Sequence record: HQ630627.1 | Reading direction: 5' to 3' (one strand) | Source of the DNA: Pseudomonas phage PhiPA3 | DNA length: 64,000 nucleotides | In this document: positions 38,361 through 47,291 of the stretch, in pieces | How the letters are laid out: each line of letters opens with the position of its first letter | Position numbering within the stretch: the first letter of the stretch is position 1 | Made by a program: the position numbers and the translations under genes | The notes under the pieces: generated by a model | What the model was told of the DNA's origin: nothing | Seen by the model: only the letters and a program-made list of their open reading frames with translations | The model's database searches: none

Positions 38361-38699
38361 ATGGACCGCATTAATCTACTCATTACTAACAACAAAGAAC
38401 GCTACGGCGTTCGTTCTCCCTTCACTGACATTGACGTAGTGAAACACCCGGTGGTAAATGTGGCAGTACGCCGTGATAACCGTCTGGTCATTATGGAGCT
38501 GGCGCGCGATAAAGCAGCCAATCTGGTAATTGTGATGGACTTCAAACGTGCTGGTGTACGCAGCGCACTGGATTCCTTCTTACGTGCAATTAATATTCCT
38601 TGCACCTACGACTTGGTCGGTACCTACAATTATAACGGGGCTGAACCGATCGAGCGCACGTTTCGAACCAACCAATACTTGATTCAGGGGGCGGCATGA
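38361..38699 (+). CDS. hypothetical protein (112 aa)
   Basis: ggaaaacggagtttggtATG. Confidence 0.5.
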   Translation: MDRINLLITNNKERYGVRSPFTDIDVVKHPVVNVAVRRDNRLVIMELARDKAANLVIVMDFKRAGVRSALDSFLRAINIPCTYDLVGTYNYNGAEPIERTFRTNQYLIQGAA

Positions 38700-39046
38700 A
38701 ATACCTAGTGCTGATCTGGTTACTACTGTTTGTCGGATGTCAACCGTCGTTTGCTGAACGTGATATCCAGATCACCGATAAATCCTGCCAAGTGGCTGTA
38801 GACATTGCTAAAGTGGCAATGAGCCATTATCGCAAAGGGGCTAATCAATACGACGTAATGTCGGCAGTAAATGGATTCAAGGTAGAAAATAACGAGGAAG
38901 CATACGCTGGTAAAGTGTATGCTCAACTCGCTGTCTTGGATATACAAAAGAACATTCGTCGAGGTTACACCAACACCGATATCCTGAAAGTCTATGTTGA
39001 AAACTGTAAAGGTATTCGGGGTTCCAAATTCGCAAAAGGAAAATAA
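38696..39046 (+). CDS. lipoprotein (116 aa) with a lipobox
   Basis: MKYLVLIWLLLFVGCQPSF: signal peptide plus L-F-V-G-C lipobox; ATGA overlap. Confidence 0.55.
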   Translation: MKYLVLIWLLLFVGCQPSFAERDIQITDKSCQVAVDIAKVAMSHYRKGANQYDVMSAVNGFKVENNEEAYAGKVYAQLAVLDIQKNIRRGYTNTDILKVYVENCKGIRGSKFAKGK

Positions 39047-39048
39047 CC

Positions 39049-39114
39049 ATGAAGCGCAGCACTGTCATCATTGCTATTGCAGCCGTCATTATTGCATGTT
39101 GTATTTTTGAGTAA
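39049..39114 (+). CDS. 21-aa hydrophobic micropeptide (MKRSTVIIAIAAVIIACCIFE)
   Basis: aaaggaaaataaccATG, 2 nt after the lipoprotein stop; ends just before terminator 39125. Confidence 0.3.
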   Translation: MKRSTVIIAIAAVIIACCIFE

Positions 39115-39124
39115 ACGGCCATAA

Positions 39125-39165
39125 GCCCTCCCTTCGGGGAGGGCCGTGCCTACTAAATTTTTTTT
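39125..39165 (+). terminator. rho-independent terminator (UUCG)
   Basis: gccctccc-ttcg-gggagggc + U-rich tail. Confidence 0.7.
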
Positions 39166-39183
39166 CACATCTATATTACGCTA
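39152..39183 (+). promoter_or_regulatory. conserved promoter-like box (copy 5, tttcacatc-TATATTAC-g)
   Basis: 27 nt upstream of ATG 39206. Confidence 0.5.
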
Positions 39184-39205
39184 ATGGCAAACAAAGGAAA
39201 CTGTA

Positions 39206-39370
39206 ATGACCCACGAAGAAAAGAAACTAGGTTGGCACGCTGTCCTTGCAGTTGTACTGGTGGGGGCGTTCGTCATCTTTTCAATCTATCATCAGGGTAA
39301 ACGTAAGCAAGAACAATGCGAACGTTATCCGCTCATCTGTAAGTCGGAATCAACCAATGAATCAAAGTGA
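39206..39370 (+). CDS. small single-pass membrane protein (54 aa)
   Basis: aaaggaaactgtaATG; TM segment WHAVLAVVLVGAFVIFSIY then a basic/Cys tail. Confidence 0.35.
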   Translation: MTHEEKKLGWHAVLAVVLVGAFVIFSIYHQGKRKQEQCERYPLICKSESTNESK

Positions 39371-39584
39371 CTATTTACATACGCTCGACCGCAGCCAGTC
39401 TCGTGGTACTGACCGTGTTGCGGCTTTGATGCGAACTGCGACTCTGGCACTGGAACGACATCCTGACTTGAAAGATAGGCTGAAGTCAGTTGAAGTAAAT
39501 TGGGTTGGCGAGGGGAATGAACGCCAACCCAATATTCGGATTGAATTCACTGATGGTGAGGTGCGTAACCATGTCCCGGATTAA
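39357..39584 (+). CDS. hypothetical protein (75 aa); start uncertain
   Basis: Frame of ORF 39246-39584; ATG 39357. Confidence 0.35.
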   Translation: MNQSDYLHTLDRSQSRGTDRVAALMRTATLALERHPDLKDRLKSVEVNWVGEGNERQPNIRIEFTDGEVRNHVPD

Positions 39585-40101
39585 GGCTACTATCTATGGT
39601 ACATGGGTACCCAATGGCGATGGTTACGAACTGGCTATTTATCCCATCGTACAGCGCTGGCGTGATGATGGAGATCGTATCATGCCTCAGGGTAGTTTCT
39701 CATTGATTAATCTTCACGACGATAAAACGTTGGAAAAGATCCTAGATGAGGACTACCGGTTCACATCGGAGATGAAAGTCCGTACCGTCTGCAATGAAGA
39801 CGACGACATTCAGAACTTCTTCGCTGCGGTTAAGAACGAGCAGTACACGCCTACTCTGGAACTGCACAACCTTGGCGAGTTCCAAGATAAGGAAGGTTTC
39901 GAATACGAAGTCTACCTCATGATCACCAACTATAACCTGACGGCTACGCCTACCTCCAGTAAGTATGCTTGGGATGGCATGTATTTGCTGGAAGACATCG
40001 AACTGGATGAAGATGAGGAACTCGAACGCGAGATCCTAGCTACTCTTCGTAAACTCAAAGGCCCGGCTACGTTCAGTGCTGGCCGAGTGGAGAAACCGTA
40101 A
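39571..40101 (+). CDS. hypothetical protein (176 aa)
   Basis: ggtgaggtgcgtaaccATG. Confidence 0.5.
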   Translation: MSRIKATIYGTWVPNGDGYELAIYPIVQRWRDDGDRIMPQGSFSLINLHDDKTLEKILDEDYRFTSEMKVRTVCNEDDDIQNFFAAVKNEQYTPTLELHNLGEFQDKEGFEYEVYLMITNYNLTATPTSSKYAWDGMYLLEDIELDEDEELEREILATLRKLKGPATFSAGRVEKP

Positions 40102-40367
40102 TGGATTCCACAATCCATGTCGCTTATAGTTACAGTATCATACGGCTATGCCAAGACTCGCCCCGCACCAGCCATACGCGACGTCGGTCATGGTCAGTTC
40201 AACGCAATAGTTACAAAGAAAGTAACGGTGAATACCTACGTTATCCATCTAAAGCCGATGCAATAACCGGCTGGTTTTCTGCTACCAATGCACGGATTGC
40301 CAAGAAGCAGGCAAAGAGATACCTCAAACTCAACATTAACAAGTTCAAAGAACAGGTGCAAGCATGA
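40101..40367 (+). CDS. hypothetical basic protein (88 aa)
   Basis: TAATG overlap. Confidence 0.45.
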   Translation: MDSTIHVAYSYSIIRLCQDSPRTSHTRRRSWSVQRNSYKESNGEYLRYPSKADAITGWFSATNARIAKKQAKRYLKLNINKFKEQVQA

Positions 40368-40717
40368 CTATTTATTTCGAAGGTAATGGTGAATCCAAGC
40401 CGGTTACCCTGAGCCAAACCCGTGACCAGTTCATGCTGGCTATCAAGAACAAGCGCGATGAGGTTCTGTCAAATCCGCTGCTGGAAACTTACGAAGACCC
40501 GGCACAGCGTGACCGCGTAGTGGCAGATGCTACTATTAAAGGTGTTCTACAAGTGCTGGATGGTGAATCCAATGACTTCCCAGCAGTGGAACTCAAGCCG
40601 TTCGTTCCAGAAGAAGACATCACCGAAGCAAAAGAAGCAGGTGCGGATTACTTAGATCCAGAATGTGCTGATTTCGGTCAAGGGTTGGCTGAGTACTGGA
40701 ACTTGATCTCTTCCTAA
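40364..40717 (+). CDS. hypothetical acidic protein (117 aa)
   Basis: ATGA overlap. Confidence 0.5.
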   Translation: MTIYFEGNGESKPVTLSQTRDQFMLAIKNKRDEVLSNPLLETYEDPAQRDRVVADATIKGVLQVLDGESNDFPAVELKPFVPEEDITEAKEAGADYLDPECADFGQGLAEYWNLISS

Positions 40718-40728
40718 GGAGGTTGGTG

Positions 40729-40977
40729 ATGGCAACGTTGAAAGAGGATGTCCTCGGTCAAATATCATTCGAGTTGCTAGAACTGCGCCAGGCTTTGCTT
40801 GACGACGTTCCTAACATGACCCCGAGCAAGCTGATTGATCGAGCTATCACTGGTGCAACTACGGTATTGGAAAAGAATTTTGAATTCAAAGCCAAGGCCG
40901 TTCAGGAATGCAACGGTGATCCCCACTGGTGTGTTGGTATAACCGAGAAATACTGGGAAGACCTTACAAGCGGTTAG
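40729..40977 (+). CDS. hypothetical protein (82 aa)
   Basis: aaggaggttggtgATG RBS. Confidence 0.45.
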   Translation: MATLKEDVLGQISFELLELRQALLDDVPNMTPSKLIDRAITGATTVLEKNFEFKAKAVQECNGDPHWCVGITEKYWEDLTSG

Positions 40978-40985
40978 GAGGGCAC

Positions 40986-41555
40986 ATGCGGATTAAACCA
41001 GAGAGGGTGTTGATGGTAGTCAACCAAACTATCTATCACCCGGATATGCCGAGTACAGTTGTTTTCCACAAGGGGGATACTCTTGAGGTTAAGGACGATG
41101 GAACGTTGGTCTACCTCAATAATGATCCCTTTACGCGGTTTCCCAAACCGGCAACACCAATGAGTAAGCAGGCTTACGATCAGTTCGTTAAACCTTATCT
41201 GGATAAATTTCCATCGCCGGCACCTAAACCGGTACGTCCATCTCTTAAAGAACAGTGGGCGGCCGTAGGGATTGATCTGGACAAGTGGGATCCAACCACC
41301 AGACCTGAATACGATGGACCTTCCCCTCAACTGTCATACACTCGTGAAGCTTTGCGTGCACTAGCAGACAAGAAGGTAATCGACATGTACGGGATCGTTA
41401 AGGGGGCGAAACAACAGGCTCTCATGACGCAGTTGATCCAAAGTACTGTGGTGGACACAGTGAAGGTCATTGACAAACATCTGGTTATTCAGGACGACTA
41501 CCATGAAGATGTTTGGGGGATTACTGAACAACTCTTCAACGACATCAGTAACTAG
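40986..41555 (+). CDS. hypothetical protein (189 aa)
   Basis: ttaggagggcacATG. Confidence 0.55.
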   Translation: MRIKPERVLMVVNQTIYHPDMPSTVVFHKGDTLEVKDDGTLVYLNNDPFTRFPKPATPMSKQAYDQFVKPYLDKFPSPAPKPVRPSLKEQWAAVGIDLDKWDPTTRPEYDGPSPQLSYTREALRALADKKVIDMYGIVKGAKQQALMTQLIQSTVVDTVKVIDKHLVIQDDYHEDVWGITEQLFNDISN

Positions 41556-41563
41556 GAGGTCAT

Positions 41564-42133
41564 ATGTTCTTCCTCACTGAAGATACAGAATGCAGTATCA
41601 ATGGGCGCACTGTCAAAGTTTCGGAAGGGACAGTGGTTGCACCGGAAGGGCTTATCGACCTGGATATGATCCCGGTACGATTCCCTGGGCATGATGACAG
41701 CAGTACGCATTTCCTGCCGGTCTCATCGCTACAATGGAAATACGAACCTGACCAACTGCTATTGCGTGAAGCAGTTGAAGAAACCACCGAACAGATTATT
41801 GAGGGTGTTGGGATCTATGATAACGACATCTCGTTCAATAATGCCCTCGAACGGTTGGCGAAAGTACGAAAAGATCTGCACAGGGATGTAAACAACTATC
41901 TCCCTGAAAGCATGCAAACTGTCGTTCACCTGTTGGTAGATGAATCCATCGCAGCTGGGATGAACGTGATCGCCGAGAACTACGAGCTACGTGGCGATAT
42001 GCGGTATGGTCCGGATGAAGAAAATGCCATCGAGGTTTCCTACGAAACTACCCAGTCGGTCAATGATTCTCTGTGGAACACTATCTTCGAGCTAGAAGTA
42101 GATAAGCTCCAGGAGATCAGTGATGAGCAGTGA
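41564..42133 (+). CDS. hypothetical acidic protein (189 aa)
   Basis: ctaggaggtcatATG. Confidence 0.55.
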   Translation: MFFLTEDTECSINGRTVKVSEGTVVAPEGLIDLDMIPVRFPGHDDSSTHFLPVSSLQWKYEPDQLLLREAVEETTEQIIEGVGIYDNDISFNNALERLAKVRKDLHRDVNNYLPESMQTVVHLLVDESIAAGMNVIAENYELRGDMRYGPDEENAIEVSYETTQSVNDSLWNTIFELEVDKLQEISDEQ

Positions 42134-42244
42134 AATTAATCACGTCCTTGATCCCAAGAAATAAATACGCTCGTGTGTTAGCTTGTGTGATGATTGTCGT
42201 CATCGTTCAAGCTAGCTCATTTAAATTCATCTAGGAGTAATACA

Positions 42245-42862
42245 ATGGCTGAAGTTAAATTCGAGATCACCTCGGATAAAGCTCATCTGGGTAAGACCCT
42301 GCTGGGTGCTGAACTTGTGCGCCAACTGCGTAAAGCTGGCTTTCCGGTGGTCACCGAATGCATAGACGGTGATCTGGAGTGCCGGGTTGAAGACGACGAG
42401 ACTGATCACAATCATCGCCTGAAAGAGCTGGGGAAGTTCTTCCAGGACAATGGTCATGCGGTTAAAGTGGTCGAGTACTTGACTGTTCCGCTAGCGCGCT
42501 ATCCACTTTTTGATCAGCAAACCCGTGTGGTCATGCCTGTTCCGAACGGTGTTGAAAACCCCGCCGCCTTTGCAGAGGAAGTCAATGCCGCAGTGAAGGG
42601 TATCTTCGAACGGTATGGGGTACCACCAGAAGCATATGCCAAGCTTCGACAATCCAGTCTCTATGGTCGGCCGTTATCCCGTGCCGTGCTCGAACTGGAT
42701 AAAGATAACCCGGATCCATCGCATACGGCTCAACTCGTTCAAGATGCGATCAATGAGTCTGCCCATCGTGCGTTCCCACTGGGTGACCCGCGTGATCAAC
42801 GTCAGGATGTCTCTGACGCCATCGCTAATGCCAACAATGTTGTACTGTCCAAGAAACCCTAA
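42245..42862 (+). CDS. hypothetical protein with a possible deviant P-loop (SIMIBI/BioD-like N-terminus)
   Basis: ITSDKAHLGKTLLGAELVRQLRKAGFPV resembles BioD/CobQ ITGTDTxVGKT..; weak. Confidence 0.45.
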   Translation: MAEVKFEITSDKAHLGKTLLGAELVRQLRKAGFPVVTECIDGDLECRVEDDETDHNHRLKELGKFFQDNGHAVKVVEYLTVPLARYPLFDQQTRVVMPVPNGVENPAAFAEEVNAAVKGIFERYGVPPEAYAKLRQSSLYGRPLSRAVLELDKDNPDPSHTAQLVQDAINESAHRAFPLGDPRDQRQDVSDAIANANNVVLSKKP

Positions 42863-42875
42863 TAGGAGCTTTACC

Positions 42876-43190
42876 GTGGAAGAAATTGAAATGACCCAAG
42901 CGCAAGAAAACAAAGAAATCGTTCGTACCTCCTACGCAGCTACCGTGCTGGCTGGAGTGGTTGAATTCGGTGGTGATCTGCTGCGCGATGTACCGAGTGA
43001 TAGCGCCGCACATGCTCTGGTCCCTCAAGCCATTGCGGGTACTCTGGACGCCGTACAGAACGCCTACCACCTCGTACCGAAGATCGAGTATGTGGGTGAT
43101 GACCTGCGTGATCGCGAAGCACCGGTAAATACCGAGAGCACCAAGCTTAGCGGTCTGCTGGATGAGCTCTGGGATAAGGTCTCTGGCTAA
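42876..43190 (+). CDS. hypothetical protein (104 aa), GTG start
   Basis: taataggagctttaccGTG. Confidence 0.4.
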   Translation: MEEIEMTQAQENKEIVRTSYAATVLAGVVEFGGDLLRDVPSDSAAHALVPQAIAGTLDAVQNAYHLVPKIEYVGDDLRDREAPVNTESTKLSGLLDELWDKVSG

Positions 43191-43329
43191 TGCCTACGGT
43201 TTTTGATATAGCTGAAAACCGAGCCCGTTTCGTTACTTCTGTAATTAAGGAAGATAAGGCAATTCATCTGCGCTTATCTAAATCCACCGATAGTGGCGTG
43301 CTTATCGATATCTGGAAGGATGTTTGATT

Positions 43330-43620
43330 ATGAGTGAACAACTGAAGATTCGCGGTTGTAGCGAGATCCTAACGGATTTCAACAACCATCTGGTCGAAAA
43401 GCTGATTGCGGTACGTGATAACTGCACTACTGAATTTGACATCGCTCCTGAGGTGGTGAACAAGATCGTTGGTAGTACAGTTGAGGTCATGGAGACCACC
43501 TGTCGTATTCTACCCGACTACGACAAGATCCTGACCGAGGAAGAGAAGAAAGCCGAACTCACTTTGGTCTGGAGTCCTGTGGGTTACACTGAGGCTTTCT
43601 GGAATGCCGTCAGCAACTGA
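43330..43620 (+). CDS. hypothetical protein (96 aa)
   Basis: ggaagg RBS. Confidence 0.45.
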   Translation: MSEQLKIRGCSEILTDFNNHLVEKLIAVRDNCTTEFDIAPEVVNKIVGSTVEVMETTCRILPDYDKILTEEEKKAELTLVWSPVGYTEAFWNAVSN

Positions 43621-43798
43621 AATTGATCTGGTAGAGGCAGTCACTCGTACTGCACCTCTACCAGTCGAGAAGAATCTCTCTATTCGAGAGAAGAACGTTA
43701 TCCGTCGCGTGAACCGTAAATGTAAAGCTGAACGTAAGCGTATTCATAACGCTACGCTAGGTATGTTACGTCGCATGGTGCTCGAATCGGTTAACTAA
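43604..43798 (+). CDS. small basic protein (64 aa); doubtful
   Basis: ORF overlapping upstream; basic C-terminus. Confidence 0.3.
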   Translation: MPSATEIDLVEAVTRTAPLPVEKNLSIREKNVIRRVNRKCKAERKRIHNATLGMLRRMVLESVN

Positions 43799-43839
43799 CC
43801 CAAGGCTTAGATACCCTTGGTCAATATCTGGAGACGGGA

Positions 43840-44166
43840 ATGACTACCCAATTCTTTGGTGCTGTAAAAGAAGCTCGACAAGCGGCTATCGACCTCTACA
43901 AGACTCAGCTCACTGATGAGCAGGTCCGTGAAGCGGTCAAAGGTATGGGTGCCGACGAAATCATTGCTCACTTCACTGGTATCCGGGAACAGCGTGCAAT
44001 GGATGCAATCGACATGGCCATTGGTGGTACCCTCGATGCAGTGGAAAACCACTACGAGGAAATCATCGAAGCCACGGCCTCTGACTCGGAAGGGACGGAG
44101 ATCGAAGTGAGTGTATCGTGTGTCAGCAGTCTGGCTGCTTCGTTCTTTGACGAGATCAGCAATTGA
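43840..44166 (+). CDS. hypothetical acidic protein (108 aa)
   Basis: tctggagacgggaATG. Confidence 0.5.
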   Translation: MTTQFFGAVKEARQAAIDLYKTQLTDEQVREAVKGMGADEIIAHFTGIREQRAMDAIDMAIGGTLDAVENHYEEIIEATASDSEGTEIEVSVSCVSSLAASFFDEISN

Positions 44167-44180
44167 TGTAACGGCATATC

Positions 44181-44222
44181 GGCTCTCCTTCGGGAGAGCC
44201 GGTGTGTTCATTTCTTTTTTGG
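44181..44222 (+). terminator. rho-independent terminator (UUCG)
   Basis: ggctctcc-ttcg-ggagagcc + gtgttcatttcttttttgg. Confidence 0.7.
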
Positions 44223-44231
44223 AATAAAACA

Positions 44232-44666
44232 ATGACGGTAACCAATTTCTTCATTTGTTTCGCCTGTGCTGGTGTGATAGTATTCATCTGGCGGTTCCTG
44301 GGTCATTTGGCTCTTGCTAAACAACAACTCTTGCAAGGCCCGGTCAACACTGACAGCCTGATGGATCTGATCATCTACCGTATGGAACATTTATACGGGG
44401 ACGTTATTGAAACTTCTGCTGTCTTTCAGTTCTTGAGAATTCCATTCCAACCTGGTCGTTCGGTCTATTACCTACTGTGTTACAAGGATCGGGTTCAGGT
44501 ATTCACCACGTCTGATCAAGCAAACAATGCAGCCAATGAAGAAGCTTATTCCATTGTTGAATTGGAGATGATCGGCAAGCCTGATTTTACTGTTAAAATC
44601 AGGCAGATGACATCGCATCATGCTGGAGTAGAAACCCATCTGCATTGGGGTGTGCAAACCCGGTGA
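44232..44666 (+). CDS. membrane-anchored protein (144 aa)
   Basis: ggaataaaacaATG; N-terminal TM segment FFICFACAGVIVFIW. Confidence 0.5.
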   Translation: MTVTNFFICFACAGVIVFIWRFLGHLALAKQQLLQGPVNTDSLMDLIIYRMEHLYGDVIETSAVFQFLRIPFQPGRSVYYLLCYKDRVQVFTTSDQANNAANEEAYSIVELEMIGKPDFTVKIRQMTSHHAGVETHLHWGVQTR

Positions 44667-44726
44667 TTCTAACAGATGTTATGTATTAGCAATCCCGCTG
44701 ATACTTTCATAGCTGGAGAAACACCA

Positions 44727-45083
44727 ATGGCGATTCTCAGTCTTGTGCAAGCGGGCGAACAGCTGGCTGCCAACGAGATTGCTCCGTTCGAAGCGGACAT
44801 TAACAACTACCTGTCTCAGCCGACAACGGTTGACTTCCTGAACAACCCTGATCAGGAAGTTCACTTTGTGTTCCGTACCTACAAGGGCGTGAAAATCGCT
44901 CAGGCTTCAGTAGATGCTCTGAAAGCAGCTATCGAAGCAGCTGGTTGGAAGTCCGTAGAAGTTACCCTGGTTGGTGACGTTCTGGATGTCAAGTTCTACG
45001 TCGAAGAGCAAACTGCTGAACCCGAACCGCCGGTATCCGGTGGTGACGAAGGCGGTGAACCGGATCCGGCTCCGACTGAGTAA
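44727..45083 (+). CDS. hypothetical protein with an acidic, proline-rich tail (118 aa)
   Basis: ctggagaaacaccaATG; ends before terminator 45094. Confidence 0.45.
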   Translation: MAILSLVQAGEQLAANEIAPFEADINNYLSQPTTVDFLNNPDQEVHFVFRTYKGVKIAQASVDALKAAIEAAGWKSVEVTLVGDVLDVKFYVEEQTAEPEPPVSGGDEGGEPDPAPTE

Positions 45084-45093
45084 CAACATAATT

Positions 45094-45122
45094 GCCCTCT
45101 CCTTCGGGAGAGGGCGTTATGC
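45094..45122. terminator. bidirectional terminator hairpin (UUCG)
   Basis: gccctctcc-ttcg-ggagagggc; plus-strand gene ends at 45083 and the minus-strand gene ends at 45125. Confidence 0.65.
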
Positions 45123-45124
45123 TG

Positions 45125-45295
45125 TCAAACGTCTTTATAGCTTGCACCTATCTGGACGTTCTCAACGGAGGCCTTTTGATCAGCCTTGTTGAATTCTTTG
45201 GCTACCTTTTGTGGGATACCCACTTTCTTAGCAAATTCCTTTGAATGTGCGGCAGCAGCCATAGTACGCTTTTGTTTCTCACTAACTGAAGGCAT
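45125..45295 (-). CDS. small basic protein (56 aa) on the minus strand, the only antisense-oriented gene in the plus-strand block
   Basis: Reverse strand gaggagtatgcccATG: strong RBS 7 nt before ATG; MPSVSEKQKRTMAAAAHSKEFAKKVGIPQKVAKEFNKADQKASVENVQIGASYKDV. Confidence 0.35.
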   Translation of the reverse strand: MPSVSEKQKRTMAAAAHSKEFAKKVGIPQKVAKEFNKADQKASVENVQIGASYKDV

Positions 45296-45320
45296 GGGCA
45301 TACTCCTCTGACTTTCATAT

Positions 45321-45352
45321 ATTTAAAGCATTTAAAACCCTATATTACAAAT
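45321..45352 (+). promoter_or_regulatory. conserved promoter-like box (copy 6, tttaaag..aaaccc-TATATTAC-a)
   Basis: 44 nt upstream of ATG 45392. Confidence 0.5.
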
Positions 45353-45391
45353 GTGATCTAACCCCTTCAAATACCAATAGGAATCTTCAAA

Positions 45392-45769
45392 ATGCAACAG
45401 ATTAAAAACGCTATGGAAGCTGTAGTTGTAGTTGGTGCTGTAGTTATCGCCGCTGCGGCCATGGTCATCATGGCTTCTCAAGCTATGCAGGAAGAAAGTT
45501 CTCCACGCCCGGTAAGACCGCGTCCTCAACCGCGTATCTGGTACACCACTCCAGAGATGCATGCTTTCATTGACGAACGCTTTGAACGCATGTACGAACG
45601 CATGGTCTTCCTGTTCGACCAACGTGAACAGCAGCTGTACTTCCATGAAGAATGCATGCGCATTGCAGTAATCGTGGAAAAGATGAGTCCCACCAGTCAT
45701 CACGCTCTGGACTACCTGGATTACCTCGAACGTAAGAAACGTGAATTCCGTATCGAACACAACATCTAA
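45392..45769 (+). CDS. membrane-anchored protein (125 aa)
   Basis: N-terminal TM segment AVVVVGAVVIAAAAMVIMAS. Confidence 0.5.
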   Translation: MQQIKNAMEAVVVVGAVVIAAAAMVIMASQAMQEESSPRPVRPRPQPRIWYTTPEMHAFIDERFERMYERMVFLFDQREQQLYFHEECMRIAVIVEKMSPTSHHALDYLDYLERKKREFRIEHNI

Positions 45770-45778
45770 GGACTAACC

Positions 45779-46426
45779 ATGCAACTGTTACGCAGCATTG
45801 AGATCACTCGCACTACCCATGGCTACCCAGAAGTGGCCCAACTCGACATCTATCTGGACTGGATGAACACAGTCCCGGTTTATGCCGTCCACACACCGCA
45901 TGCAATGGACTCCGAACGTGAGGTTCGTCTGCATGCTCGTTACTTCGTTTCCCGCCCCCATGTGCGGGAATTCGTGGAGGAGTACAGCAAGTGCTTCGGC
46001 CTGGGGGCTGAGTCGATCGAGATCGATAAGGGGTATTGTTGGGCAGAGCTACATCAATTGATGTTCCTGCAAGATATCGACGCTCCTAATCCATGGCGGG
46101 TGCGCATCACCAACCATGCCGAGCTGTTCAGTGGCATACACCGTTACGTCGGCATCGACCTCAGTAACCAAGCTCCCACGGTAACGTACGAACAGCATCA
46201 AGCAGCAAAGTTCCACAGTCAGGCTCTGGCGAGCGTCATTGCCATGACCTACACCAGCGCAGCTTGTAAACCAGTATTCAACAGTCTACTGGAAGAGCTG
46301 GATAACGAGCTGATTTTCATCGTGGAACGTTACGACGATGTCGATGGTTCGTGGAAGGAATTCTGTGCACCCGACTTCGTCAGCCGTCAACCAGTCATTC
46401 AATACAACGACTCGATAGGCCTGTAA
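45779..46426 (+). CDS. hypothetical protein (215 aa)
   Basis: aaggactaaccATG. Confidence 0.55.
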   Translation: MQLLRSIEITRTTHGYPEVAQLDIYLDWMNTVPVYAVHTPHAMDSEREVRLHARYFVSRPHVREFVEEYSKCFGLGAESIEIDKGYCWAELHQLMFLQDIDAPNPWRVRITNHAELFSGIHRYVGIDLSNQAPTVTYEQHQAAKFHSQALASVIAMTYTSAACKPVFNSLLEELDNELIFIVERYDDVDGSWKEFCAPDFVSRQPVIQYNDSIGL

Positions 46427-46465
46427 TACCCCAACCTCAATTCAATACACAAAAGGAATATACCC

Positions 46466-46705
46466 ATGCAACTGCAATCCAAAGCTATTTTCGGTGGTGC
46501 TCGTCAGATCGACCTGGATCCGGTTCTGATGATGTCCGAACGCAACGTACTGGCAGTACGCTGCCTGGTGGCCTCCAAGCTTGGTCATGAAGCGCGCGCC
46601 TTCTACCAGGTCAACACCAAGGGTTACCCGTTCATCGAGGTCTGGGGCGGCGACAAAGATAAGCGCGACGAGTTCGAAGCCGAACTGCGTAAAGTCTTCC
46701 ATTAA
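46466..46705 (+). CDS. hypothetical protein (79 aa)
   Basis: aaaaggaatatacccATG context. Confidence 0.45.
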   Translation: MQLQSKAIFGGARQIDLDPVLMMSERNVLAVRCLVASKLGHEARAFYQVNTKGYPFIEVWGGDKDKRDEFEAELRKVFH

Positions 46706-46718
46706 TAAGGAGCTATCA

Positions 46719-47225
46719 ATGGAACTGAAGCTGAAAAAGATGCCGGGTCGTGGACCTTGCATTGAAATGTACGGTCACTGGGTAACGGAGCGGGTACATG
46801 AAGTTGTGTCCCGTATGTTGAACAATAACTGGATGGGCTCTCCGGTCTATCAAGCCAAGCAACTGGCAAAGCCTTTCTTCCAAGGCGGCTTCGATAATCC
46901 GAAGGGTCGATGGATCCTCATCGAATTCTGGAATCATGATATCGATGAGTCCTGTGAATTCATTCGCCTGCTGCAAATCGGCGTCAACGACGTCCTGGGG
47001 AAATACGAACAGAAGATCATGGTTAACCCGTACAAGATGGGTTACGATAATGGTGGTGGCTCTTATGGTGTTATCCACATGATCCAACAAGAGACCGGAT
47101 GTCCTGCTGATTGGGGAGATAGCATGTCACCCATCACGTTCCTTCCGGAAAACAACAACCAGTTCTCGCAGGTCATGAGTCTGTGCGAACTGTTTGAACT
47201 GCCGGTAACCCCGGTAAACATGTAA
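46719..47225 (+). CDS. hypothetical protein (168 aa)
   Basis: aataaggagctatcaATG; start moved from the listed 46581. Confidence 0.5.
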   Translation: MELKLKKMPGRGPCIEMYGHWVTERVHEVVSRMLNNNWMGSPVYQAKQLAKPFFQGGFDNPKGRWILIEFWNHDIDESCEFIRLLQIGVNDVLGKYEQKIMVNPYKMGYDNGGGSYGVIHMIQQETGCPADWGDSMSPITFLPENNNQFSQVMSLCELFELPVTPVNM

Positions 47226-47291
47226 CAAAGTACGACCTTGCAAGATCGTTTAGTAAGATAATCCAAAGATTAAATATTAGGAGTTACAACA

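Noticed and set aside
44971-45192. 73-aa plus-strand ORF
   Set aside because: It spans the end of gene 44727-45083 and terminator 45094; the minus-strand small gene with a strong RBS explains this region better.
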